This document shows, piece after piece, positions 35,843-45,388 of a stretch of 64,000 nt of DNA; within the stretch, counting starts at the first letter, position 1, and every line of letters starts with the position of its first letter. The position numbers were made by a program, and so were the translations under genes. The DNA lies in sequence record MT612988.1, one strand, 5' to 3'. The notes beneath the pieces were generated by a model, which made no database searches, was not told the origin of the DNA, and saw nothing but the letters and a program-made list of their open reading frames with translations.

Positions 35843-36135
35843 TAAATTTCTCTCATTTTAGAAATGTTTTGCCAGAATTTCGTTTGCTCGATTTTACATA
35901 TGATAAACAGAATAAACATAACAATTGACACTAGTAGTGTACCGATAAACCCATATAACATGATCATAATCATGGGTATATTGTATGTTCGTTCGAATAT
36001 TATATGCAGACCCGTGAAAATTGCGATAATGTTTGAAATTACAAACGTGATAATGAACATAAGAAATAAAAATTCGCCCATGAGATTAACCCTCGTACTT
36101 GTATGTGTAATCTGGTGTTGGTCGAATAAAGTCAC
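35842..36135 (-). CDS. Two-TM membrane protein
   Basis: Two long hydrophobic stretches; start uncertain. Confidence 0.55.
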   Translation of the reverse strand: MTLFDQHQITHTSTRVNLMGEFLFLMFIITFVISNIIAIFTGLHIIFERTYNIPMIMIMLYGFIGTLLVSIVMFILFIICKIEQTKFWQNISKMREI

Positions 36136-36478
36136 GACCTTGACGTTGACCTACTAACCAAATTTCTTGAGCACAAGACTCGCAGTAATACGCTCTCATT
36201 GCAGTGTTGTAAGAGCTTGCACCTGGTTTTTGACACTGAGTTACGTTACAGTCGCCGCCTTTCTTACCTTTACGATCATTGCGTTTAGCAAGGTCAATCA
36301 TTGCTTCATGACGCTCACGAGAACCTAGACGTTCAATGCGCTCACGTTCATGAATGCGATCCATGATTTCTGCTTGCTTCTTGGCAGTTTCTTGCATTCG
36401 ATTCCACTCTTTATCATAGTCGCGTGGCTTGTTTTTCTTTACTTTACGCAATTTGCCGTTGATTACTTGATATGCCAT
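36086..36478 (-). CDS. Hypothetical protein with Zn-finger-like C-terminus
   Basis: CNVTQCQ...YYCESCA. Confidence 0.65.
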   Translation of the reverse strand: MAYQVINGKLRKVKKNKPRDYDKEWNRMQETAKKQAEIMDRIHERERIERLGSRERHEAMIDLAKRNDRKGKKGGDCNVTQCQKPGASSYNTAMRAYYCESCAQEIWLVGQRQGRDFIRPTPDYTYKYEG

Positions 36479-36480
36479 GA

Positions 36481-37176
36481 TTAAGCTCCGTATGCTTCAA
36501 TTAGTTGTTGGCGTTTTGCTTGGCGACGTTTCTCTTCTTTCGCTCGCTTCTTAGCAAGAATATCGTTGATTCGAGAACTCACGAGATTTGAAATTGCACT
36601 GCAAAGTGCTTTCTCTTCGTTATTGGTAAACACGTTTGCAGGCGTTGCGAGACGCCTCAATTCGCCAGTATAGCGAAAATCTTGATACTTCACAACGAAT
36701 TTCACATCAGTATCACGATCAATTAGCACAATTGAATCATTATTCTCACTAACACACATTTCATTGTTGACGTACTTTGCAACGTGAAAACGCTTCGGTT
36801 TATTCAGCATCTTGTCGATGATTGCAAGGGTCGGCTCTTCAACACCATAGTCGTAATCAAGATACGTCTTAGTCACGTAATTTGCGTATTCAGCTTTGCG
36901 CTTTATAATTTCTTTCGCTACGCTCGACCAAGTACCTTCGATTTTGTCACAATCATCACGAACATCATGAGACCAACAAGAACGTCCGTACTCGGATGCA
37001 TGTCGCTTACTCACGAACATAACAAATCGTAGTTTGCGTAGATGTGTGTCAGTCAGATAACCGAGAAGTGGTTTACCATTTGAACCTTTGATTTTAAATG
37101 CGTCTAGATTCACAGACGGCTTTTGAAGCTCATCATGGAAGATGTCGTACACATATTTGCGAGCTGCATTAGTCAT
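36481..37176 (-). CDS. Hypothetical protein
   Basis: Conserved early leader and GAGAG SD upstream. Confidence 0.7.
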   Translation of the reverse strand: MTNAARKYVYDIFHDELQKPSVNLDAFKIKGSNGKPLLGYLTDTHLRKLRFVMFVSKRHASEYGRSCWSHDVRDDCDKIEGTWSSVAKEIIKRKAEYANYVTKTYLDYDYGVEEPTLAIIDKMLNKPKRFHVAKYVNNEMCVSENNDSIVLIDRDTDVKFVVKYQDFRYTGELRRLATPANVFTNNEEKALCSAISNLVSSRINDILAKKRAKEEKRRQAKRQQLIEAYGA

Positions 37177-37215
37177 AGTGTTCTCTCTTTCGTTTCGATG
37201 CGATAGATATTAACC

Positions 37216-37221
37216 TAAATA
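37216..37221 (+). promoter_or_regulatory. Late promoter core TAAATA
   Basis: 33 bp upstream of plus-strand ORF 37254. Confidence 0.6.
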
Positions 37222-37253
37222 AGTAATACAGTCAACCGAATTCGAGAAAAAAG

Positions 37254-38309
37254 ATGATTATTTTTGAAAGCGTTCAATCGCAGCGTGCATTAGAGTACGC
37301 ATCTAAGTTTATCGTCGATAAGCTTGAAACACAATTAGAAGCTGCTCTGAGTAGCCCACCATTCGACCCGAACAAACTCGCACTTAATACCAAGAATCTG
37401 AACATCAAAACTGGTGAAACTGAGTTCGATGCGCTTCTTGCGCGTGGTATCGTTGCTTATCTTAAACTTGATAACCAAAACCCAACCGAAATGGGTGTTT
37501 GGCGCGGTGCTTTACACGACCCAGAAGCAGGTGAAGCAGGGAACTTGCAAATCACCGTTGATATAACCGGTGTCACTGCGGTGAGTCAGATTATGGCTAA
37601 GTTTAGAGTCGAGAAAGAACAGATGTACAGCACTACATTACATGAACTTCAACATGCTTATGATAACTGGCGTTCTGGTGATATAGAAGACTTCGAGACA
37701 CGCGACGAAGAGGGTGTATATCAACACTCAGGGCGTAATAGAGCTTATATCGATAAAGAGTTCATTCGACATGCTAAAGCAGGTCACAAAGCGACACACG
37801 ACGAATATCAGAACTATTCGCACGAGATAAACGCTCGTTATGCACAAGCGATTGCAGATACTAAAGCAGATTTTAAAAATTCACCAGCCACTGCTCAAGC
37901 ATGGATTAATCGATTTAAACACAACTTTGATGGGTGGGACAATATACCAGAAGAGTCTAAGAAACGATTGATTTCGCGTGCAGGGGCTGAACACAGTGAG
38001 TCGAGACAACCGTTTAAAGGTAAAGAAAGCAGCTTGATGTATGCATTGAAAGGGTTTGATGTGAGATACACCAGAGATAAGAAGTTTAGTAAGATTGGTT
38101 ATTGGTTCAGTCAGTTTAAATACGACGGTCGTAATTCTAGCGAATTGCTAGATAAACTTGAATTACTAGCACATAAAACTGAAGGTGTAGTTGCACTACC
38201 ACTTGATGATATACGAGCAAACTCAGCATTATTCGCTGAAATGCGTAATCGTATGAATCTAGGTTCATGGGAACGAATGGGTTCTAATCATATGATCTAC
38301 CGACCATAA
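37254..38309 (+). CDS. Zincin-like metallopeptidase-domain protein
   Basis: TTLHELQHAYD (HExxH) with downstream HEINARY glutamate; late promoter; own terminator. Confidence 0.65.
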   Translation: MIIFESVQSQRALEYASKFIVDKLETQLEAALSSPPFDPNKLALNTKNLNIKTGETEFDALLARGIVAYLKLDNQNPTEMGVWRGALHDPEAGEAGNLQITVDITGVTAVSQIMAKFRVEKEQMYSTTLHELQHAYDNWRSGDIEDFETRDEEGVYQHSGRNRAYIDKEFIRHAKAGHKATHDEYQNYSHEINARYAQAIADTKADFKNSPATAQAWINRFKHNFDGWDNIPEESKKRLISRAGAEHSESRQPFKGKESSLMYALKGFDVRYTRDKKFSKIGYWFSQFKYDGRNSSELLDKLELLAHKTEGVVALPLDDIRANSALFAEMRNRMNLGSWERMGSNHMIYRP

Positions 38310-38334
38310 AAAGGGGCGAAAGCCCCTTTTTTTT
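38308..38334. terminator. Bidirectional intrinsic terminator
   Basis: A5-GGGGC-GAAA-GCCCC-T8 between convergent genes. Confidence 0.85.
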
Positions 38335-38953
38335 ATTCTTCATCGCAAATTGTATATGCTTCATCTTCGACGACCATGTGATATGTCCATCTGATTTCTC
38401 GTTCAGCGTATAGCAAGTTATCCACAAGAAATCCACAGCCATGTGATGCACGATGCCAGTCGTTGTATGGTTTGTCAGGTCGAACGTCTTCCCAGTAAGA
38501 TTCTCGCTTGAATACTAACGAGTCATCTCGAAGATCTTCATAACCGAATTTCCAATTGTGGTCGCGAAGCGTATCAAGACCTTCAACTTCCCAATCGCGA
38601 TGATCCCCGAAGTCCCAACCTTCGCGCTTCACACCGTGTGACTCAACACACTTACAGAGTGGGATGTCCCCAGTCTTTTTGTTGACGATAGCAACAACTA
38701 CGCCACGTTCAAAGCACGATACTACGTTTTTGATGATCAGAACGTCGTGTTCTTCTTTGTATTTCACATACGCTGGCTCGATTGATACATATACATCAGC
38801 ATCACCATACCAGATTTCTTTATTGTACCCGATTTTCAATTTCACATGTTCGTAAATTGAAAGAATATTCGGCTTCATTGCTTCATTTACGATGCGAGTG
38901 TAAACCTTGTTGTTAATTTGATTCAACTCTCGCAATGTTTGTTCAACGTTCAT
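38333..38953 (-). CDS. Hypothetical protein
   Basis: Packed ORF with GAGAG SD. Confidence 0.65.
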   Translation of the reverse strand: MNVEQTLRELNQINNKVYTRIVNEAMKPNILSIYEHVKLKIGYNKEIWYGDADVYVSIEPAYVKYKEEHDVLIIKNVVSCFERGVVVAIVNKKTGDIPLCKCVESHGVKREGWDFGDHRDWEVEGLDTLRDHNWKFGYEDLRDDSLVFKRESYWEDVRPDKPYNDWHRASHGCGFLVDNLLYAEREIRWTYHMVVEDEAYTICDEE

Positions 38954-38965
38954 GTATTCTCTCTA

Positions 38966-39343
38966 TTAGCTATTGTAAAAGAATAGCCCATCTAGTGTTT
39001 TAACTGATTCTTCATTGAAGAACCATGCGATTGCGTCTTCACGACGCTTAAAGCGTTTCATGTATGATGAATTGTCTGTACCGTAAAGCACAATTAACCA
39101 CTCATAACCTTTATTGATTCGCTTCTGTTCGCGTTCTTCTTCATCTGAGCGTGTCGCTTGTTGCTCAGAGTCGAATAAATGGACAGCGCACCAGCGATGG
39201 TCACTCTCAGGTACGTACATTCCCCAAGAATCGCTGGGCGCTGTAATCGGCATGAATCCCAAGAATATCGTACCTTGCACGAATTGAGAACTCATGTAAT
39301 TAACCATGTTCATAAAACGATTGGTCGAATATTTGTGTAACAT
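38966..39343 (-). CDS. Hypothetical protein
   Basis: Packed ORF. Confidence 0.6.
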   Translation of the reverse strand: MLHKYSTNRFMNMVNYMSSQFVQGTIFLGFMPITAPSDSWGMYVPESDHRWCAVHLFDSEQQATRSDEEEREQKRINKGYEWLIVLYGTDNSSYMKRFKRREDAIAWFFNEESVKTLDGLFFYNS

Positions 39344-39387
39344 AACATGTTTACTCTATTATAAGAAAAACACAGCAAATTTAAACA

Positions 39388-40065
39388 TCATTTGCGAAGT
39401 TTTTTAATGATTTTGTCGATTTCACCAACGTTTTCTTTCCACGACAGAACTCCACGAGCGTAGAATTTTTCTGTGTCAGATGAATCTTCAGTTAGTTCAT
39501 ATGGTGTCGCGTTGACAATGCAATCTCTGAAGTACTCAAGCTGCTCGATTGTGTCATCATACTTCGATTTTTCAAAGTCATACATCGGGATGTAGCGACG
39601 CTCACCACCCCATGCATACACCTCAAGTCGTGTTAAATCGGGTTGAATTTTGTATGCTTCGTCAATGTTGCACAGACGTTCGATTGTTCGCTCGTCTTCT
39701 GCCATATGAGATTCTAAACGCTTCTTCAACTTTTCTGTTGCTTCGGGGTACTCATCACCGATTTCTTTAATCACACGAGCACACCACCCAAGTCTATAAT
39801 CTGAAGAGTCTTTCACATGTTGAATAATCTCTTCACGCGATAAACGTGTAGGCTCTTTGACTTGCCGAGTCTCGAAATCCATGATATAACCATCTTTGAG
39901 AGTAATCCCATTACCGTTCGTAGCGAAAAGATGATCTAGTACTGAAAATCGAGTCGGGAAAATCGTGTGATATTCTTGCATCACGTGTTTAATGTAGTCA
40001 GCTAATAACATCTTAATTCTCTCTAATTTCAAATTCAATTTCACCAATCTCGTCACCAAACTCAC
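39388..40065 (-). CDS. Hypothetical protein
   Basis: Long ORF; start uncertain (40065 or 40011). Confidence 0.65.
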   Translation of the reverse strand: MSLVTRLVKLNLKLERIKMLLADYIKHVMQEYHTIFPTRFSVLDHLFATNGNGITLKDGYIMDFETRQVKEPTRLSREEIIQHVKDSSDYRLGWCARVIKEIGDEYPEATEKLKKRLESHMAEDERTIERLCNIDEAYKIQPDLTRLEVYAWGGERRYIPMYDFEKSKYDDTIEQLEYFRDCIVNATPYELTEDSSDTEKFYARGVLSWKENVGEIDKIIKKLRK

Positions 40066-40285
40066 TCTGTAGTTTCTCGATGACGAATTCTTGATACTTT
40101 TCTAATTCAAGCGTTTCGTCGTCAAACTTCTCGAAAAAGATGCTCACGCCTTGTGTAAAGGGCATAAACACACCGTGTACGTCGTCTCGATCAATAGATG
40201 CTTCGATTCGATCTAATGTCTCATCAACGTCATAATGCTCGTCGTGAATGTTGATGAATATTTCTGTTAAGTCATTAATGTTCAT
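40013..40285 (-). CDS. Hypothetical acidic protein
   Basis: Start moved to MNINDL; first gene after a PeSL-like promoter. Confidence 0.6.
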   Translation of the reverse strand: MNINDLTEIFINIHDEHYDVDETLDRIEASIDRDDVHGVFMPFTQGVSIFFEKFDDETLELEKYQEFVIEKLQSEFGDEIGEIEFEIREN

Positions 40286-40315
40286 ATTATTCTCTTTTTC
40301 GTTTTCGATAAAGCT

Positions 40316-40355
40316 ATAATACAAAAAAGGGCTGACATCTGTCAACCCTTTTTTT
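40316..40355 (-). promoter_or_regulatory. PeSL-like terminator/early promoter
   Basis: AAGGGTTGACAGATGTCAGCCCTTT identical to the copy at 1172-1196, followed by TATTAT. Confidence 0.8.
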
Positions 40356-40359
40356 AATA

Positions 40360-41811
40360 TTATTCTTCGTCTTCGTCGTCTTTGTACTCAGATACATCAA
40401 CGCCGTTTTCTTCAGCAAGCTCAATAAGTGCTTCATCAAATGACGGACCGAAGTTACCATTTATAGCGTATTCAAACACCTCTTCTTGATATGGATCTGA
40501 GTTATTCATCAAGAACTCAGCAGCTTCGCGACCATCTAACCCCAGTACGTTAAATACCGCACCAATTGCAGATTCGCGCACGTCTTCATCATGGTCTGCT
40601 AGAAGTTCCTCAACTCGATAACCTTGTTCGGCTACGTATTGGCGTTCTTCGTAATCATCTGTATCATCGATCATTCTATCCCAGATATCTTCTGCCATAT
40701 CGCGACCGAATTCACTTTCGTAGCGTTTCGCATATGTGATACGTGTGTCTGCATCGTCGTTTGAGAATGACCAATCCCACGCTGTGTCCCGTACATCTTC
40801 ATCTGAGTCAAGAACAAGATCCCAAATACCAAAACCCATGTCCGCAGCTTGTTTACGGTGTTGCCAATCGCCAGATGAAGCAAGTTTATCGCCCATTTCG
40901 TAATCTGACTCAACTACCGCTGCACGAACGTCTTCGTCATCGTGGAAAATCAGCTCTTCGTGCATCAGACCCCAACTAGCAATACGAACTAGAGTTTGCC
41001 AATCTGCGTGTTCAATGATTTCATCTTCACGACCTTCATTGATCCATGCTTCGATTTGATATTGATCTGCTTCATCAACAAAATCTTCAAGAGACGGTCC
41101 GCCACCGAATGCTGTATCGTAGCTGCTAGAACGCTCGTTCTCGTTGGTAAGAGTGAAAGAGACAGAACCACTCATGCTCATCAACGCTTGGTTAACGTCG
41201 CTGTCGCTCATTGAAAGAATACTGCGCGTCACGTTCTTACGAACAGAGCGGAAATCGTTTGCACCACCTGCTAGACGTGCAAGCCAACGGTCGCTAATCT
41301 CAGTCGAATAGCCGTATTCTTTACCAAACGTCAACGATAGAGCGTAGTAAAGCATCGGACGAGAAATCAAGTCTTTCAATAGCTTTTTCTTGCTTTCTTC
41401 ATCTAAACGAGTCGCTTCGCGTCGATTGTTAACAAGTGCGTAGTACTCGTGATTCTTTGGTAGTTCATAAGCTGCGCTGAAGTCATATTCATACGGCTTC
41501 ATGCCCATTTCTTCTTCATACGTCTCGGTGAATTCACGTAGAGTCGTCAATACACCAGAGAATACCGCAGCCGCAGAGTGTCCTGCTTTACCTGTCTGAG
41601 CATAACCACCTGAGTTTTGGAATGTAATAGTGAAATAACCAGGGTTGCTTTCTTCAACACCAACTTCAAATCGCTCACCAGCAGCGTCGAATCGCGCTGA
41701 AGTCTCGCCCGTCCCGTTCTCATGACCCCAATCCCAATCAATGTCGATATTCGCACGATCAGAAATCTCATCAAGGCGAACTTCTTGATAAAATTCGTTA
41801 AATTGTTTCAT
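40360..41811 (-). CDS. Putative internal virion protein, family A, with C-terminal HEAT/LRV-like repeats
   Basis: MKQFNEFYQEVRLDE; repeats LIFHDDEDVRAAV, LVLDSDEDVRDTA, LLADHDEDVRESA; late promoter at 41840. Confidence 0.7.
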   Translation of the reverse strand: MKQFNEFYQEVRLDEISDRANIDIDWDWGHENGTGETSARFDAAGERFEVGVEESNPGYFTITFQNSGGYAQTGKAGHSAAAVFSGVLTTLREFTETYEEEMGMKPYEYDFSAAYELPKNHEYYALVNNRREATRLDEESKKKLLKDLISRPMLYYALSLTFGKEYGYSTEISDRWLARLAGGANDFRSVRKNVTRSILSMSDSDVNQALMSMSGSVSFTLTNENERSSSYDTAFGGGPSLEDFVDEADQYQIEAWINEGREDEIIEHADWQTLVRIASWGLMHEELIFHDDEDVRAAVVESDYEMGDKLASSGDWQHRKQAADMGFGIWDLVLDSDEDVRDTAWDWSFSNDDADTRITYAKRYESEFGRDMAEDIWDRMIDDTDDYEERQYVAEQGYRVEELLADHDEDVRESAIGAVFNVLGLDGREAAEFLMNNSDPYQEEVFEYAINGNFGPSFDEALIELAEENGVDVSEYKDDEDEE

Positions 41812-41839
41812 TTAATTAACCTTTTAATGTTGTTTCTTC

Positions 41840-41845
41840 TATTTA
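41840..41845 (-). promoter_or_regulatory. Late promoter core TAAATA
   Basis: 29 bp upstream of the ATG at 41811, just downstream of a terminator. Confidence 0.65.
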
Positions 41846-41853
41846 GACAAAAC

Positions 41854-41883
41854 AAAAAAATCCCGTCTTAACCGACGGGATTT
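41854..41883 (-). terminator. Intrinsic terminator
   Basis: TCCCGTC stem pair plus T7 on the minus strand. Confidence 0.75.
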
Positions 41884-41885
41884 AA

Positions 41886-42320
41886 CTAGATTTGATTGTC
41901 AATTTCGAATTCTAATTCATCATCATCGAAGAACTCTCGCGCTTTTCGCTTGTACCATTCAATAAACTCGTATGTGTGTTGAATGAATGCATCATCAAGC
42001 TCGATTGTTAGATTCGCAATGTCTTCTTCAGACATACGCGCTTCGAAGTGGTGACGTTCTTCAGCTACGTTCAATACTAGTAAGTCGCCGTAGAAGTGAC
42101 CAACATACGGGTGCTCACGTTCTTGTGTTTCAGCTTCAACGATGAAATCAATAAAGTTATCAACGTCGTCGCCAGAAATATTATCACTTACAATTTCAAT
42201 GACCTGAACACCGAAGTTATGACCAGCGATTTCAGTTGACTTGATGATATTTGGGTTGAGTAGTACTACATCTAAATCAAGCATCTGATACCACCTTAAT
42301 ATTTTCAAATCGACGGTCAA
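41886..42320 (-). CDS. Hypothetical acidic protein
   Basis: Packed ORF; start uncertain. Confidence 0.6.
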   Translation of the reverse strand: MTVDLKILRWYQMLDLDVVLLNPNIIKSTEIAGHNFGVQVIEIVSDNISGDDVDNFIDFIVEAETQEREHPYVGHFYGDLLVLNVAEERHHFEARMSEEDIANLTIELDDAFIQHTYEFIEWYKRKAREFFDDDELEFEIDNQI

Positions 42321-42468
42321 ACGCAGCTAGACATGCATCAGCATAGTTTGTTGCAGTTGATGTTTCTTTACAGTCATTTGCGTTCGCAGTATGACACCAT
42401 GCTTTCAACCACACGTCGCGTCGTTGCATTTCATGTTCAACTTCGTGTGCGTAAAGTAATTTAGCCAT
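42277..42468 (-). CDS. Hypothetical protein
   Basis: Start moved to MAKLLYAHEV. Confidence 0.6.
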   Translation of the reverse strand: MAKLLYAHEVEHEMQRRDVWLKAWCHTANANDCKETSTATNYADACLAAFDRRFENIKVVSDA

Positions 42469-42691
42469 TTGTTTTTCCTTTTCCAGAATTTGTGTATAAA
42501 CCGAATATCGCTGCACCTGCACCGACAATAGTCGATACAAATGCAGATTGTGTTGCTGAAGGGTCAGGCAGTGCCATGAACCATATTGCTGTAGTATAAA
42601 GCAAGTAGCAATACATTGCAACTAAAATTCGAGGGACAATGCGCCACGAGTCGAAAGCTTCAGCAAGTTTTTTATTTGTTTCAAAACTCAT
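42461..42691 (-). CDS. Two-TM membrane protein (holin-like size)
   Basis: DSWRIVPR followed by two TM helices. Confidence 0.55.
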   Translation of the reverse strand: MSFETNKKLAEAFDSWRIVPRILVAMYCYLLYTTAIWFMALPDPSATQSAFVSTIVGAGAAIFGLYTNSGKGKTNG

Positions 42692-42861
42692 TTAGGTAAT
42701 CTCTTTCTAGCTCGTTGCCTTATGATCTTATGACGTAGTTTAACACGTTTTGCCTCACTCTTGTCAAGCATTTTCATAATAAAATATACAAATAATGCAA
42801 CCAATGACAGGATAAGTAATAAAATCAATGCATTAAACGCAAGTTCTGAAATGAACATAAA

Positions 42862-43374
42862 TCACCAGTCGATTAATGTGTCTTTTTCAAAGTGTACGAT
42901 GACTACTTCTTTATCACCACTTGCCTTGTCGATGATGTGACGAATGATTTCCCAGTCACCACCCGCTAGACCTGCACCAATAAGAGGTAAGAAGATTTTG
43001 TCGTCATTGCCTTCTAGAAACCGCACAACGCCTTTCACTGCTTCTTTGATTGCTGAATATTCAGCATGTCGCTCAGTTGTTCCCATACTGAACTGCGTGT
43101 ACATGTTGAACACAACAGCTTGAGGGACCGTTCCGTGTTCATCAAACAACGCAACCGAGTATTCACCGAGTTTCAGTGGGTCACCTTCACGACCGAAGTC
43201 GATATCAGCTTGGTAAACTTCAGGAAAACGTCGCAACTGACCTGCAATACCAGAACCTTGTCTGATAAAGCAATTACAACCTTGTCCCATGATAAAAGTG
43301 CGTTGATGATTAGGGTTTTCAATCGCGTGAGCGAGAGTGGCGACTAAATCGCCACGAATCTCAGATACAATCAT
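42862..43374 (-). CDS. Macrodomain protein (T4 tk.4-like ADP-ribose-processing)
   Basis: IRGDLV, QGCNC...GSGIA, NMYTQ, PLIGAGLAGGDW. Confidence 0.85.
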   Translation of the reverse strand: MIVSEIRGDLVATLAHAIENPNHQRTFIMGQGCNCFIRQGSGIAGQLRRFPEVYQADIDFGREGDPLKLGEYSVALFDEHGTVPQAVVFNMYTQFSMGTTERHAEYSAIKEAVKGVVRFLEGNDDKIFLPLIGAGLAGGDWEIIRHIIDKASGDKEVVIVHFEKDTLIDW

Positions 43375-43931
43375 TAATCAAAACCCCCGCCTGAACTACT
43401 TGAGCTGCTATCACTGCTTGAGTAGCTTGAGCCACTATCGCTCGAACTTGAGTAGCTTGAGCTGCTATCAGAACTACCACCGAATGAGTAACTACCCGGG
43501 CTAGACACGCGCTCTGGTTCGCTGTAACTCGGCTCAGGTGCAGAGTAGCTTGGTTCAGGGCGTGAGCGTGTTGGCTCGTCTTCAGAATACAGACCTACAG
43601 GGTCAGTAATCGGGTTTAGAGGATGCAGCGGATTTGTCACGATGTCATCATCTTCACGACGCTTACGAGAAGTACGCGACAGTGATTGAGTTTTTGGTAC
43701 ATTATGACGCACTGAATGAGTCACGCGAGATTTTGCATTGCTTGATGTACCATTCAACGAACGAAGTTCTTTTGCATCGCGGTCACGCAGATGGTCGAGA
43801 ATGTCAGGGTTTGCTTGTTCACGCATCGACTTCGCGTTTTCTGCTTTTTGCTTGTCTGCCGCACGTTTGTACATGTAAATTACAAACAATACAAACAAGA
43901 TTGCTGCTACTGTTACTGATAATTCAATCAT
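43374..43931 (-). CDS. Membrane-anchored protein with Ser-rich disordered tail
   Basis: Start moved to MIELSV; N-terminal TM; PEPSYS repeats; ends SSSDSSSSSSGGGFD. Confidence 0.65.
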   Translation of the reverse strand: MIELSVTVAAILFVLFVIYMYKRAADKQKAENAKSMREQANPDILDHLRDRDAKELRSLNGTSSNAKSRVTHSVRHNVPKTQSLSRTSRKRREDDDIVTNPLHPLNPITDPVGLYSEDEPTRSRPEPSYSAPEPSYSEPERVSSPGSYSFGGSSDSSSSYSSSSDSGSSYSSSDSSSSSSGGGFD

Positions 43932-43941
43932 ATTTTTACCT

Positions 43942-44859
43942 TTAAAAGTTACCTGGTTGTACTTGGAACACTTCAACACCTACTTCACGTAGAGTATTGA
44001 CTACTTGGTCACGGTCATCGAACATCACAATAGGACGACGGAAACCGCGTTCTGCTAATTCTAGCAGCAATTCGAGTTTGATTACCCAATCTGGGCGAGA
44101 ATCGCCTTTCTTGCGCATTACCAAATCAAAGCCACTTGAGCGTGTGAATGGCATGTGCTTAGATAACCAACGGCGCGTATGCTCTTCACAAATACCATCA
44201 CGACCGCTCATGAAGATGATTGGGTAATGAATGCTTAGAAGATCAAGCATTTCGATTACAGTTTCGCGCGGTGAATCTTCTTCGACACGAAGCCATTCAA
44301 ACGGGCTACGACGACCTTTCACACCTTTATGCATTTCAGCAACTGTGCCGTCAATGTCAGACAACACGCACAACTCAGTACCCGATTTCCACAGAGGTTC
44401 AAGCAAAGACTTGAAATGCGCGATGATCAAGTCGCGGTTATTCTGGTGATAATTCTGGAACATAGTAGTTAGAACTTTACCACCGACTGACATTTCACGA
44501 GCTTTATCGCGTGCAAATGCTTCATCAAACGAGATATGAAACAACTTCTCTTCGTATTCAGCACCTAATTCTTGTGCGATATTGCGCCACACTTCACGAC
44601 GCTCTGGTACAAGGTTTGTATCAGAGATAACAACACTTTTACCTTGACGAAGTGCAAGTAATGCTTTGTCTTTGTTGACTTTCGTCACAAGTTCTTCGTT
44701 TTTCTTCGTGAACTTGTATTCGCCCCATTTAAAGGGACCGAATAGTTCTTGGCGCGTATCGTCGCGATTGACGTTTACTGCTTTCCCGTTTGCACAGAAT
44801 TTCTCAGCCCACGTAGTTTTACCGGACGCAGGCACACCGACTGTCACAATCAATTTCAT
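43942..44859 (-). CDS. pseT: Polynucleotide 5-prime kinase / 3-prime phosphatase
   Basis: GVPASGKT, NRDDTR, SDTNL; HAD DIDGT, SGR, FDDR. Confidence 0.93.
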   Translation of the reverse strand: MKLIVTVGVPASGKTTWAEKFCANGKAVNVNRDDTRQELFGPFKWGEYKFTKKNEELVTKVNKDKALLALRQGKSVVISDTNLVPERREVWRNIAQELGAEYEEKLFHISFDEAFARDKAREMSVGGKVLTTMFQNYHQNNRDLIIAHFKSLLEPLWKSGTELCVLSDIDGTVAEMHKGVKGRRSPFEWLRVEEDSPRETVIEMLDLLSIHYPIIFMSGRDGICEEHTRRWLSKHMPFTRSSGFDLVMRKKGDSRPDWVIKLELLLELAERGFRRPIVMFDDRDQVVNTLREVGVEVFQVQPGNF

Positions 44860-45284
44860 TACAATGTCTCAACTGTTTTGTATAAATGTTTAGAGTTAAC
44901 GAGCTTCAATAAATCGCCGTAAACATGCAAGCGAATAAAATACCCGTCTATTTCTTCGCTTTTGATTACTTCACTTGAAATCGAGCAGTTTGCACACTTT
45001 ATCGCAAGTTCAGCATATTTCAAAGCTAACGATTCAGACTTGAAATAGCAAATACCTTCATAATCGTCTGTAAGCGTCTCAGTGAGTTCAATCAGTTCAC
45101 GAATACGTGAAGCTGGCACAGCCCCGAAAGACCTTAATTCATTGCGCATAGACGCAATAAAAGGGGTTGTAGCAAATTTATCACTAACAAAGTCAAGCAA
45201 GTCGTCTGTCAAATCAATATCAATGATACCAAACTGTTCAAATTGAATTCTTGCTTCTGTTGATGCTTTTTTCAAGTCTTGCAT
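44859..45284 (-). CDS. Hypothetical protein
   Basis: First gene after a PeSL-like promoter. Confidence 0.6.
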   Translation of the reverse strand: MQDLKKASTEARIQFEQFGIIDIDLTDDLLDFVSDKFATTPFIASMRNELRSFGAVPASRIRELIELTETLTDDYEGICYFKSESLALKYAELAIKCANCSISSEVIKSEEIDGYFIRLHVYGDLLKLVNSKHLYKTVETL

Positions 45285-45348
45285 AATATACCCCGTTTGT
45301 TTTTAAGTAAACATCATTTTCAATCAACGATGTCGTTTCGATGTAGCT

Positions 45349-45388
45349 ATAATACGAAAAAAGGGCTGCCGACGCAACCCTTTTCTTT
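45349..45388 (-). promoter_or_regulatory. PeSL-like terminator/early promoter
   Basis: AAAAGGG-TTGCGT-CGGCAGCCCTTTTTTCG-TATTAT (17-bp spacer). Confidence 0.75.

Noticed and set aside
38418-38426. Single TTATCCACA DnaA box
   Set aside because: Isolated and inside a coding region; about one chance match is expected in a window of this size.
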